From positions 2,160-66,159 of the forward strand of contig JAGGUN010000052.1 in assembly GCA_021158465.1 (NCBI GenBank): a stretch of DNA of 64,000 nt. The letters are read 5' to 3'. Of the stretch, positions 7,379 to 16,672 are shown in pieces (the first letter of the stretch is position 1; every line of letters starts with the position of its first letter). Made by a program: the position numbers and the translations under genes. This DNA is from a bacterium (GTDB lineage Bacteria; UBP14; UBA6098; 4484-93). A model generated the notes under the pieces. That model did no database searches, was not told the DNA's origin, and saw only the letters and a program-made list of their open reading frames with translations.

Positions 7379-9076
7379 ATGAACAAACTAATCCAAACAG
7401 AAACGAAGGAAATATCTATATTATTGCTAATCCTTCTTGCCTTTGTCAGCACCTGCCACGCTGATACGACAGGGTATCATTTCCGGATAAGGTTTGCGAG
7501 CACATCCGACTGGGCGACTCTCGAATTTCTGGATGCCACTGCTCCTGTTGCCTTAGATATCGATGTTGTCGCTGACTCCTCTGAGGATGGGGCGAACATC
7601 GGTGTCTTCTACATAACACGCAGCGACACCGCACCTGTAATCGTCGATTATGACTGCTTCCTCTCGGCAATACCTGAGACGGGACTGGTTTTCAACTCAC
7701 AAAAAGGGGATTGGGGAAATGTTCATATTACATTCAGCAACCTGAACCCAGAGATGCCCCCCTATCCGAGTATGGAGTTTGAGAATAACGGAAGCATCCC
7801 CGATGACCCAACAAACCTGCGAACCTTTGTTGTCCCGCACGATTTTCTCACAGAGGGCGGACCGATTGTCCTACCTACTGATCCCTGGACCACATACAGG
7901 CTCATTCTCGCATTCTACTACCCGTGGTATGGCTCCCCATCCGGACCCACAGGATACTGGTGCCACTGGGACCCAGACAACCATTACGCCTCAACTCACG
8001 AGCCACTTCTCGGCTATTACGACTCTTACTCCCCAGAGGTGGTTTCACAGCATATCAGCTGGGCAAAGGAGTCCGGTATCGACGGTTTCATCTGCTCCTG
8101 GTGGGGACCTGGCAGTTTCACAGATGGCGCACTCGATGTCATCTTCTCGGTTGCGGATACATCCGACTTCCTCATCAGCTTTTACATAGAAACCTGCGGC
8201 ATCGAAACCCTTCCTGAGAGCGAGCGATTGCACCAATTCATACACCATTTCAATTACCTGCTTGCCAACTATCGGCTGCATCCTGCTATGTTTCGGATAG
8301 ATGGCGTTCCAACACTGTTCCTATACGGTTATCCGCTTTCACTTATGCCACTCGATAGCTGGGCTCTTTTGAGGGACAGCCTCGATTATGATGTTTACAT
8401 CATCGTGGACCGCTTGTCTCCGCTGGTGCTCGATCTCTTCGACGGCTACCACACTTACAATCCATGCAGGATACCGGCAGCGGAGCTGGCTGCAAAGTAT
8501 AACAGTGCCTCGCTTGCGGCTCGGTATCAGCACAAGCTCTTCGCTGCGACCATCCTTCCGGGATACTGCGACACCATTATTCGCGACCCAGGACTCACGG
8601 TTGACCGCGAGGATGGCGCATTCTATTCAAGCAGGTTCGAGATCGCCGCAGCATCCGAGCCGAACTTCATCCTGATAACCTCCTGGAACGAATGGCACGA
8701 AGGAACAGAAATTGAACCATCGGTTGAGTATTCTTACCAGTATCTCGACTCCACACGCAGCTTCCACGACCGCTGGGACATACCAGGAAGCATTGAACAA
8801 AAAGCTCCCGAAATGCCCACCTCTCCAGAAATTCACATCTACCCTAATCCGTTCAATTCCTCCTGTATCATCACCGTAGGGGACAGATGTATCCATCCTG
8901 CGACGGCTGAAATATACAACCTGCAGGGGAGATTGGTCGCCAAGGGTTCGCCACAGGCAGACACCTACAAAATAGTCTGGATACCAGATGAAAAGATATG
9001 CAGCGGGGTATATCTCATCAGGGTGCAGACAAAAGGCGGACGAACAACGACCAAAAAGGTAGTATACCTCAAATAA
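7379..9076 (+). CDS. Secreted GH99-like glycoside hydrolase domain protein with T9SS C-terminal sorting domain
   Basis: The track ORF start (TTG 7349) lies inside tRNA-Glu, so I use ATG 7379, giving MNKLIQTETKEISILLLILLAFVSTCHA. The GH99-like blocks are FYYPWYGSP, GIDGFICSWWG and ITSWNEWHEGTEIEPS. The C-terminal domain reads IYPNPFNSSCIITV...GVYLIRVQTKGGRTTTKKVVYLK. Confidence 0.65.
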   Translation: MNKLIQTETKEISILLLILLAFVSTCHADTTGYHFRIRFASTSDWATLEFLDATAPVALDIDVVADSSEDGANIGVFYITRSDTAPVIVDYDCFLSAIPETGLVFNSQKGDWGNVHITFSNLNPEMPPYPSMEFENNGSIPDDPTNLRTFVVPHDFLTEGGPIVLPTDPWTTYRLILAFYYPWYGSPSGPTGYWCHWDPDNHYASTHEPLLGYYDSYSPEVVSQHISWAKESGIDGFICSWWGPGSFTDGALDVIFSVADTSDFLISFYIETCGIETLPESERLHQFIHHFNYLLANYRLHPAMFRIDGVPTLFLYGYPLSLMPLDSWALLRDSLDYDVYIIVDRLSPLVLDLFDGYHTYNPCRIPAAELAAKYNSASLAARYQHKLFAATILPGYCDTIIRDPGLTVDREDGAFYSSRFEIAAASEPNFILITSWNEWHEGTEIEPSVEYSYQYLDSTRSFHDRWDIPGSIEQKAPEMPTSPEIHIYPNPFNSSCIITVGDRCIHPATAEIYNLQGRLVAKGSPQADTYKIVWIPDEKICSGVYLIRVQTKGGRTTTKKVVYLK

Positions 9077-9082
9077 GAAGAG

Positions 9083-9154
9083 CTGGGGAGCAGGGATTCG
9101 AACCCCGATTGGCGGATCCAGAGTCCGCTGTCTTACCAATTGGACGACTCCCCA
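9083..9154 (-). tRNA. tRNA-Gln(CTG)
   Basis: On the reverse complement the acceptor is TGGGGAG/CTCCCCA (U1-A72). The anticodon stem-loop is GCGGA-CTCTGGA-TCCGC and the T arm is CGGGG-TTCGAAT-CCCTG. Confidence 0.85.
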
Positions 9155-9167
9155 CTACTCGGACTAC

Positions 9168-9195
9168 ATTATAAATTTTCCCTATGCTTTGTCAA
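9168..9195 (-). promoter_or_regulatory. Candidate promoter for tRNA-Gln (TTGACA-16-TATAAT)
   Basis: The reverse strand carries consensus hexamers. The -10 ends 13 nt before the tRNA 5' end. Confidence 0.55.
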
Positions 9196-9483
9196 GAAAA
9201 TTTTGCCTCGGCAAGCGGATAAAAGCCTTCCTGAAAATCTCAGATGCCTGTGCAAATATCCAAAAGGCGTTTAGAGCCTTCCCTCGAACACATTCCTCAA
9301 TAACAAGGATATACCAAACCTGCACATCACCGGAGCAGTGGCGTAAAGAGTGAAACAGAAGAAACAACTACACAAACAGCAAACCGCCTATCCAGCATCC
9401 TGTAACCGAGGGCAAAACAGCACTATAAAACCCACCGAATATATCCAAGCCTTCCGTTCCGCCAAGATTTTATTTTGCTTGAC

Positions 9484-9514
9484 TTGAACCGTATTTAATT
9501 TTATTTGTTAGAAT
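9484..9514 (+). promoter_or_regulatory. Candidate extended -10 promoter for rpiB-glyA (TTGAAC-19-TGtTAGAAT)
   Basis: TGTTAGAAT is at 9506-9514. The -35 spacing is poor, so the call relies on the TGn extension. Confidence 0.3.
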
Positions 9515-9527
9515 CGAACACCGGGAG

Positions 9528-9998
9528 GTGGAATTGGCAACAGTAGCAATAGGAGCAGACCACAGGGGATACAGGCTCAAGCAAGAGCTTATCTATAAAC
9601 TGAAAGGAGAACACACAATACTCGATATGGGCACAGACTCCGACAAACCAGTTGACTATCCAGACTTCGCAAAGAAGGTTGCAGACGCCGTCGCAGAAGG
9701 GAAGGCAGACTTCGGAATCCTCATCTGCGACACAGGCATCGGTATGGCAATCGCCGCAAACAAGGTGTCAGGTGTTCGAGCTGCTCATTGCCGCGTGGAA
9801 CGCGAGGCTGATATGTCCAGAAGGCACAATAACGCAAACATAATTACCATCGCCGGCGGATATACACCAAGGGATGTGGCGCTCAAGCTTGTTAAGATGT
9901 TCATCTCAACACCGTTCGAAGGCAATACAGAAGAAGGCGAACGACACAAAAGGCGCGTCGAGAAGATAATGAAGATCGAGAAGGAACAATGTAAATAA
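9528..9998 (+). CDS. rpiB: Ribose-5-phosphate isomerase B
   Basis: The RpiB/LacAB pattern is [13 protein letters not shown]...VDYPDFA...[22 protein letters not shown]...RRHNNANII...[13 protein letters not shown]. The real start may be the in-frame TTG at 9534, 5 nt after GGGAGG. Confidence 0.85.
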   Translation: MELATVAIGADHRGYRLKQELIYKLKGEHTILDMGTDSDKPVDYPDFAKKVADAVAEGKADFGILICDTGIGMAIAANKVSGVRAAHCRVEREADMSRRHNNANIITIAGGYTPRDVALKLVKMFISTPFEGNTEEGERHKRRVEKIMKIEKEQCK

Positions 9999-10008
9999 AG
10001 GAGGAAAG

Positions 10009-11286
10009 GTGAACCATCTGAGGAACCGTTTGAAAGATATCGATCCCGAGATCTACGATGCCATTCAGAAGGAGACACAGAGGGAAACATACGGGATAGA
10101 GCTTATAGCCTCTGAGAATTTCGTCTCCGATGCGGTATTAGAGGCAGCAGGAAGCATCATGACAAACAAGTATGCCGAGGGTTACCCCGGGAGGCGATAC
10201 TACGGTGGCTGTCAGTTTGTCGACATAGCCGAGAACCTCGCAAGGGAAAGGGCAAAACAGCTTTTTCCTGGAGCTGAGCACATCAATGTCCAGCCACATT
10301 CAGGTTCACAGGCAAACATGGCGGTCTACTTTACCGTCCTCAAGCCCGGAGACAAGCTTATGGGACTTAACCTGTCGCACGGCGGACACCTGACTCATGG
10401 ACACCCTGTGAACTTCTCGGGTATACTCTACAATGTCGTTCACTACAATGTCGACCCAGAAACGGAGATGCTCAACTACGATGATTTAATGGAACAGGCA
10501 AAGAAAGAGAAACCAAAACTAATCGTAGCAGGCGCTTCAGCATACCCACGGACTCTGGATTTCAAGAAATTCCGCAAGATAGCGGACGAGGTCGGTGCAT
10601 ACCTTATGGCAGACATAGCACATATAGCAGGGCTTGTCGCTGCTGGACTACACCCTTCACCCTTCCCGCACTGCGATTTCGTCACAACAACAACACACAA
10701 GACACTCCGTGGACCAAGAGCCGGTATGATTATGTGCAAAAAGGAGTATGCAAAGGCAATTGACAAAGCCGTGATGCCAGGAATGCAGGGCGGTCCGCTT
10801 ATGCACATAATAGCCGCCAAGGCAGTAGCATTCAAACAGGATTTACAGCCAGAATTCAAGGAATACCAGAAACAGATAGTCGCAAACGCAGCTGCTATGG
10901 CAGACGAGTTCAAGAAGCTCGGTTTCAGGCTTGTCTCCGACGGAACAGATACACATCTTATGCTGGTTGACCTAAGACCGTTCAAGCTAACAGGAAAAAC
11001 CGTCGAAGGCGAGCTCGGCAAGGTGGATATTACCGTCAACAGAAACACCATCCCGTACGACCCCGAGAAACCGTTTATAACATCCGGAATCCGCATCGGA
11101 ACACCGGCAATCACAACAAGAGGAATGAAGGAAGACGAATCAAGAGAGATCGCACGGCTCATACACAAGGTAGTTACGAATATCGGAAATGAAAAGGTAT
11201 ACGAAGAGGTGAGAAACAAGGTAAGAGAACTCTGCGAACAGTTCCCTCTCTATCAATATAAGCTGGAACAAAAGTATAAGCTATGA
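10009..11286 (+). CDS. glyA: Serine hydroxymethyltransferase
   Basis: The protein reads [11 protein letters not shown]...[17 protein letters not shown]...[13 protein letters not shown] (PLP-lysine block). It has a GTG start after AGGAGG. Confidence 0.95.
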   Translation: MNHLRNRLKDIDPEIYDAIQKETQRETYGIELIASENFVSDAVLEAAGSIMTNKYAEGYPGRRYYGGCQFVDIAENLARERAKQLFPGAEHINVQPHSGSQANMAVYFTVLKPGDKLMGLNLSHGGHLTHGHPVNFSGILYNVVHYNVDPETEMLNYDDLMEQAKKEKPKLIVAGASAYPRTLDFKKFRKIADEVGAYLMADIAHIAGLVAAGLHPSPFPHCDFVTTTTHKTLRGPRAGMIMCKKEYAKAIDKAVMPGMQGGPLMHIIAAKAVAFKQDLQPEFKEYQKQIVANAAAMADEFKKLGFRLVSDGTDTHLMLVDLRPFKLTGKTVEGELGKVDITVNRNTIPYDPEKPFITSGIRIGTPAITTRGMKEDESREIARLIHKVVTNIGNEKVYEEVRNKVRELCEQFPLYQYKLEQKYKL

Positions 11287-11744
11287 GTATAAGGTCCACC
11301 CTGCAGAAGCTCAAGATGAAACAGCTTGCCTCCATCGAAGAGGAGAATAAGCTATTCTCAGCCAGCAAGATCCCTGTAAAGCGAATACTCGTAGGAACGA
11401 ACTCATCCAACGGAGAAGAAAAACTCAAGCTCCTATTGCCAAGGTTAAAAGGGAAAAAAGTGGTCAAGCTCAGCACGGAAGGAGACGGGATAGTCATTAC
11501 CAAGAAGGATGTTAATATATTTAATGTCCCAAGGAAACGAATATTAGAGAGGATAAGGTCGGAGAGGTTCGAGCTGTTCATCGACCTATGCGATAACTTC
11601 TTCTTTCCTGTAGCATCCGCTCCCGTCGTCTGTCGGATACCGTATCGGGTCTCGTTCTCTAACAATGTCCCGAAACCGTATGCAAACATTATACTTCCAC
11701 CATTACCTGCAGGAATAGACTACCTGCTAAGGATCTTTTCCTGA
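11283..11744 (+). CDS. Hypothetical protein
   Basis: This 153-aa ORF overlaps the glyA stop by 4 nt and sits upstream of the GT2 gene. I recognise no motif. Confidence 0.5.
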   Translation: MSIRSTLQKLKMKQLASIEEENKLFSASKIPVKRILVGTNSSNGEEKLKLLLPRLKGKKVVKLSTEGDGIVITKKDVNIFNVPRKRILERIRSERFELFIDLCDNFFFPVASAPVVCRIPYRVSFSNNVPKPYANIILPPLPAGIDYLLRIFS

Positions 11745-11756
11745 AGAAGAGGAGAT

Positions 11757-12674
11757 ATGCTCGTATCGATAGTTGTGCCAGCCTACAACGAACGAGAGAA
11801 TATCCCGGAGTTTGTCCGTCTGTGCGACAAGATGATAAAAAACGCCCCATTTGATGGAGAACTTATAATTGTCGATGACGGAAGCACCGATGGGACAGGA
11901 GAGGTCTCAGAGAAATCCGCCAAGGAATACAGCTTTGTCCGCGTGTTCCACCACACAAGAAACAGAGGGCTAACAGCCGCCTTGGAAACAGGTTTCTCTG
12001 AGGCAAAGGGTGAAATACTCATCTTCTTTCCAGCAGACCTACAATACCTTCCAGAGGAGATACCCCGTATGATCGAGACAATGGAGAGGGAAAAACTCGA
12101 CATTGTCTGCGGCTGGAAAGAAGGGCGATATAAGAAAAGGCTCGTCTCATCGGTTTACAACTATCTCGTCAGAAAATTCTTCGACATAGAAATCCACGAT
12201 ATGAACTCTGTGAAAGCGTTTCGCAGGGAAGTCGTCGAGGCTATACCGTTCCGCAAGGATTGGCACCGGTATGTCATCCCGTTCGCAGCAGATGCAGGGT
12301 TCCGCATCGGAGAGGTAAGGGTCAAGCTGCACGAGAGACATTGGGGAGAAAGCAAGTTCAAAGGACCATCAAGGGTCATTATCGGCGTTCTGGACCTGCT
12401 CGCTGTCAAGTTCCAGATTACATTTATGAAAAGACCGATGATATTCTTTGGAACAATCGGGATGATCCTGCTACTTCTTGGATTCATGGCTGGCATCGCT
12501 GCTGTTGTCCTGAGGTTCGGATACGGCATAGGCTACAGACCGCTCCTGTACCTTATAATGCTCCTCGTCCTATCTGGAATGCTACTGTTCATCGTTGGGT
12601 TCCTATCAGAAGCAATCGCAGGGGTCAACAGCAGACTATCCTCCATCGAAAAGAGACTCAAGAAAAAGGAATGA
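11757..12674 (+). CDS. GT2-family polyprenol-phosphate glycosyltransferase (DPM1/GtrB-like) with two C-terminal TM helices
   Basis: The GT2 blocks are VSIVVPAYNEREN, IIVDDGSTDGT and FPADLQY. The C-terminal hydrophobic pair is IFFGTIGMILLLLGF...LLYLIMLLVLSGMLLFIVGF. Confidence 0.85.
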   Translation: MLVSIVVPAYNERENIPEFVRLCDKMIKNAPFDGELIIVDDGSTDGTGEVSEKSAKEYSFVRVFHHTRNRGLTAALETGFSEAKGEILIFFPADLQYLPEEIPRMIETMEREKLDIVCGWKEGRYKKRLVSSVYNYLVRKFFDIEIHDMNSVKAFRREVVEAIPFRKDWHRYVIPFAADAGFRIGEVRVKLHERHWGESKFKGPSRVIIGVLDLLAVKFQITFMKRPMIFFGTIGMILLLLGFMAGIAAVVLRFGYGIGYRPLLYLIMLLVLSGMLLFIVGFLSEAIAGVNSRLSSIEKRLKKKE

Positions 12675-13561
12675 AGCTTATAAAGAAAGCCTTCCCCTGG
12701 ATATTCGGTGCAGGGGTGATATTCTTCCTCACACGATACCTCATTGACAACTGGCAGGAGGTTTCCGCTCAGAATTTTGAGCTTAACTGGGGGTATCTTA
12801 TACCATCACTCCTGCTACTCTTATTCCTCTTCTTCTACCAAACAGTTATCTGGAGACACCTGCTTGTCTCTCTGGGAGAAAAGATAAGCATTTCCGAGGC
12901 GTATAGAATTTTTAACATATCGAACCTCGGGAGATACATTCCGGGAAAGGTGTGGCAGATACTGGGGATAATGTATCTCGCGGACAGAAAGAAGCTCTCC
13001 AAATCGAGGGTTGGAACGACCATCGTCTTTGCGATAGTTCTGCTGATATTCGCCGGGTTTATTGTAGCGTTACCATCTGTTGGGCAGGTAAATATCGGGA
13101 GGGTTTCTCTCGCGTATTTCTGGTTTGCTGTCCCTGTGATACTTTTCTTTATTTTCTCACCAAGGAGTCTCGTTGCTGTTTTGAACTACATACTGGCAAG
13201 GTTCAAACGGGGCAAGCTGCGGTATTATCCGAGCTGGAAGCAGAACTTGCTTCTCCTTCTCCTTTATATCTCATACTGGGCAATATATGGTGTCTCTTTT
13301 TATCTTTTCATCCTTTCATTCGGTCAGAACATAAGGTTTGTCGATGTGGTCGGCGTATATCCTGCCGCTTACATCGTCGGATATATAGCCCTTTTCACTC
13401 CCGGTGGACTGGGAGTACGCGAGGGCGTGGTGACGGCTCTGCTCTCGCCGTATCTTCCGTTACCTATTGCAACACTCATAGGGCTTACATCACGGCTATG
13501 GTTCACAGCAGCAGAGATAATATCCGCGTCCGTTGCACTGCTTCTGGGGGTGAAGAAGTAG
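12671..13561 (+). CDS. Lysylphosphatidylglycerol-synthase-TM-like (UPF0104, flippase-like) membrane protein
   Basis: ATG 12671 forms an ATGA overlap with the GT2 stop. The protein is polytopic with the block NISNLGRYIPGKVWQILG...FTPGGLGVREG. The upstream part of track ORF 12260.. overlaps GT2 in another frame and was discarded. Confidence 0.75.
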   Translation: MKLIKKAFPWIFGAGVIFFLTRYLIDNWQEVSAQNFELNWGYLIPSLLLLLFLFFYQTVIWRHLLVSLGEKISISEAYRIFNISNLGRYIPGKVWQILGIMYLADRKKLSKSRVGTTIVFAIVLLIFAGFIVALPSVGQVNIGRVSLAYFWFAVPVILFFIFSPRSLVAVLNYILARFKRGKLRYYPSWKQNLLLLLLYISYWAIYGVSFYLFILSFGQNIRFVDVVGVYPAAYIVGYIALFTPGGLGVREGVVTALLSPYLPLPIATLIGLTSRLWFTAAEIISASVALLLGVKK

Positions 13562-13564
13562 CTG

Positions 13565-14251
13565 TTACTTTATCCTTCCCACGGGCATTATATAAAGCGG
13601 CTCCTCATCCTCCGGGAGGTTCATAATCTGTTTCACCTCATCGTCGAAGAAGGCACCAACAGCCACCGTCCCGAGATTCAGTGAGACAGCCTGCAAATAG
13701 AGATTCTCGGCTGCGTGACCGACCTCTATATGCACATATCTTATGCCTCTTTTCCCATACTTTCTCGTCGTTCGCTCATAGACGGCGGAGAAAACGATAG
13801 CAGCCGAACATCTCCTCACACATTCCTGCCCGAGAGCAGCAGCCGACAACTCGTCTCGTTTATCACCATCCACAATTCTTGTGAGATTGTGCTTATATGG
13901 GCTATATTTGTAGATTCCTGCAGGGATGTCGGTAACATTTCCTGCGACAAGATACAGTTCGAGCGGGTAGAGCGCTCCTGCCGATGGCGCCGTTCTGAAC
14001 CCTCTTTTGTCCGTGATGCCCTGAGCAGCCCAGAGTAGTTGCGAAACATCAGAAAGTTTCAACGGCTCATCCCTGTATTCTCTTATCGACCTTCTGGTGG
14101 ATAAAGCCTCCTCGACCGAGGTATCACCTGTCAATCTCGGCTCAGGAAGCTCTATTACCAGCCCAGGGTCACCATCAGCTCCCATAACTGTAAGAACAGT
14201 TAGGATTAATATTCCTATGTAAGCTATGCCTGCCGCAAGAAAACCTCTCAT
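13565..14251 (-). CDS. SagB/ThcOx-type nitroreductase-fold dehydrogenase with N-terminal membrane anchor or signal
   Basis: The protein reads TRRSIREYRDEPL...LLWAAQGIT...RTAPSAGALYPLELY. The N-terminal hydrophobic segment is GIAYIGILILTVLTVMG. Confidence 0.7.
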   Translation of the reverse strand: MRGFLAAGIAYIGILILTVLTVMGADGDPGLVIELPEPRLTGDTSVEEALSTRRSIREYRDEPLKLSDVSQLLWAAQGITDKRGFRTAPSAGALYPLELYLVAGNVTDIPAGIYKYSPYKHNLTRIVDGDKRDELSAAALGQECVRRCSAAIVFSAVYERTTRKYGKRGIRYVHIEVGHAAENLYLQAVSLNLGTVAVGAFFDDEVKQIMNLPEDEEPLYIMPVGRIK

Positions 14252-15099
14252 CCATTCCTCCTCCTTGAGACTATCGTTGGCTCATTCAGAGCATCAGGGG
14301 TTATCGTTCTCCTTGGACGGAAGCCGAGAACAAAACATCGCATTCTCCCCAGATTAAGGAAATCGACATCATCGAAGAATGTCCACAGAATTGCTCCGAC
14401 CTCCGCCGGGGCCCAGATGAAAAGCTCTGCAGTCACAGGCTCCGTTAGCTTGCTCGGATTTATGTAACTCCTTTTGACCATTCCTTCGAGCATATTATAA
14501 CCGCTATGGAAACTGATAACCATATTATCCCCCTCCCCTTCTGCAAGCGTCCATTTGTAGCCTGTCCGCAGGAAGATGTTATATCTTCGGTCTACTTCAT
14601 CAGCAACAAAAACGCCATCATCGACGAGGGATTCGCTGACCGATGCAAAAAGCCTGACCATATTCCATGGGGAGAAATGTGGTGTCGAGAGACCATACAG
14701 AAGAACAATATCAAACTTTTGTTCGAGCTTATGCACCTCTCTTGCATCCAGAACAGAGACCTCTATTCCCTTCCTAAGAATTCCGCTGCCCCATTCTCTC
14801 GCCCTCTCCAGAGCATCCTTGCGCAAATCGGTAATCGAAAGGGAAACATCTGCTCCCGTCCTGGCGAGTGCCTTCGACAGTGCAACGCCACCGAAACCGA
14901 CACCACCGCAGACCTCGAGGATACTTATTTTCTCCTTCTCCGATAGCATTTTCTTTATCCACCGGTGCTTGGTCAATGTGCACATAAATTTTACAGCCGT
15001 TTCGAAATACTCCTTTCCCCGCTCGTTTTCAGGGTCGTCGGGCCAAACAAATGCAGAGTAAAAATTAGAGAGTTTCTGTGAAAATTTCTCATCCATCAT
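14248..15099 (-). CDS. Class I SAM-dependent methyltransferase
   Basis: Motif I is ILEVCGGVGFGG and the post-I acidic residue is in ITDL. I prefer ATG 15099 (GGAGG 5 nt upstream) over the track GTG at 15114. The stop overlaps the next gene's start by 4 nt. Confidence 0.7.
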   Translation of the reverse strand: MMDEKFSQKLSNFYSAFVWPDDPENERGKEYFETAVKFMCTLTKHRWIKKMLSEKEKISILEVCGGVGFGGVALSKALARTGADVSLSITDLRKDALERAREWGSGILRKGIEVSVLDAREVHKLEQKFDIVLLYGLSTPHFSPWNMVRLFASVSESLVDDGVFVADEVDRRYNIFLRTGYKWTLAEGEGDNMVISFHSGYNMLEGMVKRSYINPSKLTEPVTAELFIWAPAEVGAILWTFFDDVDFLNLGRMRCFVLGFRPRRTITPDALNEPTIVSRRRNG

Positions 15100-15208
15100 A
15101 GCCACCTCCAGCACAAATAAATATCGTGCTTACAAGAGCAAAAGAACCGTGGAGCTGGCAAAACCGGGCAGGTTTAATCGTCAGGTCCTCGGCAAACTGA
15201 TTTAGCTT

Positions 15209-16549
15209 CTATTTCAGATAAACCAGCTTATCAACGAAATTTTGTCCATCTATCCTAATTGTGGCAAAATACACCCCCGCCGGCAAATTATCAGGAGCCC
15301 AGATTGCCTCCCCATCCAAGAGAGATAAGCTCACAACACGCTCACCCCTTATGTCGAATATATCAACCGGCACATTTGCATCCCTCCCAGAGAGAGTTAT
15401 CCTTACAGATAAGTTGAACGGATTGGGATATGCAGAGAGAGAAACCTCATCGGGCAGAGCCGACCCCTCAATGCCGAATGAGCCCATCACAAGCGAATCC
15501 ATAATCGAGCCATCGGGACGCTTCGCGTAAAACCGAATATTCTCACCATCTACATCAAACCGAATGTAGTGATGAACACTCTCGGAATAAATCGTCCAGT
15601 CGGATGTTCCGACAGAATAAAGCGGCGCTCCTCCCCCACCGGAGACAAGATAGTGTATTCCGTTGACATAAGCGTGCTCATAGCTGTGGTCGTGGCTGTT
15701 GAAGACGAAATCCACGGCATAATCCTCCATAAGCGGCACAAGAAACAATTGAACAGCTACCGTCGAGCCGTGATTGCCGGAACTATACGCCGGATGATGA
15801 AACACAACAAAGGTGTAATCGTATCCTCCACTTGCAGCAAGCTCGCTCTCGAACCAATCACGCTGTGATGAGCCCCAGAGATAGCTCTCGTTCGTGTTAA
15901 GAATAATGAACTTGCAGTTGCCGATAACCCAGGAGAAATACCTCTCGTTGCCGGGTAGCTCAAAATAGTTGATGAACTGCTCATTCGGTATCTCGTGATT
16001 GCCAAGGACAGGGTAATAGGCATAAGAAGCGAGAAGGTCGCGCTCGATATTGAAGAATGTCTGCCAATCGGAGACCGAATATCCAGCTGCGACGAGGTCA
16101 CCACCGTTTATGACAAATAGAATACCCTCCTCCTCCATCATTGCATCGACAACCGCCTGATGCGAGACAGAATCCGTGCGGTTATCCCCAAAGACAAGAA
16201 ATGAGAACCTGCTCTCCGTCGGCGCTGTCAGAAAAGAATCGACAGGAGAGAAACTGTCGCCCGATAGAACACGATAAAAATACCTCGAACCAGGGGAAAG
16301 CCCTGTTATCTCCACTGTGTGGTGCGTGACAGGCTCCGGGATGTAAATCTCCGTCGAGAGTGTATCGCTCCTTCGATAAACGCCCTCGTGAGAGTAGCGG
16401 ATCCGGGTGTCAGAAGCGTCATTAGTCTCGTAGGTTATGCGGATAGATGTGGTCGTCAGGCAGGAAAGATATGGTCCCCTGAGAATATCTCCCGGGACAG
16501 AAACAAAAAGAAACAGAACACACACCAAACCAAGAATTATCTTCTTCAC
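15209..16549 (-). CDS. Purple-acid-phosphatase-like metallophosphoesterase with T9SS C-terminal sorting domain
   Basis: The metallophosphoesterase motifs are FGDNR, GGDLV, LGNHE, VFHHP and SHDHSYEH. An N-terminal FN3-like block reads IRITYET...YFYRV. The C-terminal domain reads AYPNPFNLSVRITL...AGVYFATIRIDGQNFVDKLVYLK. Confidence 0.85.
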   Translation of the reverse strand: MKKIILGLVCVLFLFVSVPGDILRGPYLSCLTTTSIRITYETNDASDTRIRYSHEGVYRRSDTLSTEIYIPEPVTHHTVEITGLSPGSRYFYRVLSGDSFSPVDSFLTAPTESRFSFLVFGDNRTDSVSHQAVVDAMMEEEGILFVINGGDLVAAGYSVSDWQTFFNIERDLLASYAYYPVLGNHEIPNEQFINYFELPGNERYFSWVIGNCKFIILNTNESYLWGSSQRDWFESELAASGGYDYTFVVFHHPAYSSGNHGSTVAVQLFLVPLMEDYAVDFVFNSHDHSYEHAYVNGIHYLVSGGGGAPLYSVGTSDWTIYSESVHHYIRFDVDGENIRFYAKRPDGSIMDSLVMGSFGIEGSALPDEVSLSAYPNPFNLSVRITLSGRDANVPVDIFDIRGERVVSLSLLDGEAIWAPDNLPAGVYFATIRIDGQNFVDKLVYLK

Positions 16550-16566
16550 TGCTTCTCCTCTCGATA

Positions 16567-16595
16567 ATTATAGCCCAAATCCAACAAAAACGCAA
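16567..16595 (-). promoter_or_regulatory. Candidate promoter for phosphoesterase gene (TTGCGT-17-TATAAT)
   Basis: The hexamers are on the reverse strand. GAGAGGAG and GTG 16549 follow. Confidence 0.4.
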
Positions 16596-16606
16596 TTATT
16601 TTTTAT

Positions 16607-16634
16607 TTGACAACACCCTGATAGGGATTATATT
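16607..16634 (+). promoter_or_regulatory. Candidate promoter for secDF (TTGACA-16-TATATT)
   Basis: The hexamers are at 16607-16612 and 16629-16634, 38 nt upstream of ATG 16673. Confidence 0.5.
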
Positions 16635-16672
16635 GGTCAGTTCATAATAAGGAATTTCAAGGAGGAGATAGA

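Noticed and set aside
8627-9139. A 170-aa minus-strand ORF
   Set aside because: It is antisense to the GH99-like gene, and its 5' part overlaps tRNA-Gln.
9182-9367. A 61-aa minus-strand ORF in the long spacer
   Set aside because: It has no SD, its 3' end overlaps the consensus tRNA-Gln promoter, and its sequence shows no recognisable features.
9196-9483. RNase P RNA, tmRNA, SRP RNA or 6S RNA in the long spacer
   Set aside because: I could not find the conserved cores in either orientation. These are GGAAAGTCCGG for RNase P, a tRNA-Ala-like end for tmRNA, and the GGAA tetraloop helix-8 motif for SRP RNA.
10476-11219. A 247-aa minus-strand ORF
   Set aside because: It lies entirely antisense within glyA. 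Its composition is Ser/Ile/Phe-biased, as is typical of shadow frames, and it has no SD.
12260-12670. The upstream 137 codons of track ORF 12260..13561
   Set aside because: They overlap the GT2 gene in another frame and are Arg/Pro/His-rich. ATG 12671, which forms an ATGA overlap with the GT2 stop, starts the hydrophobic protein.
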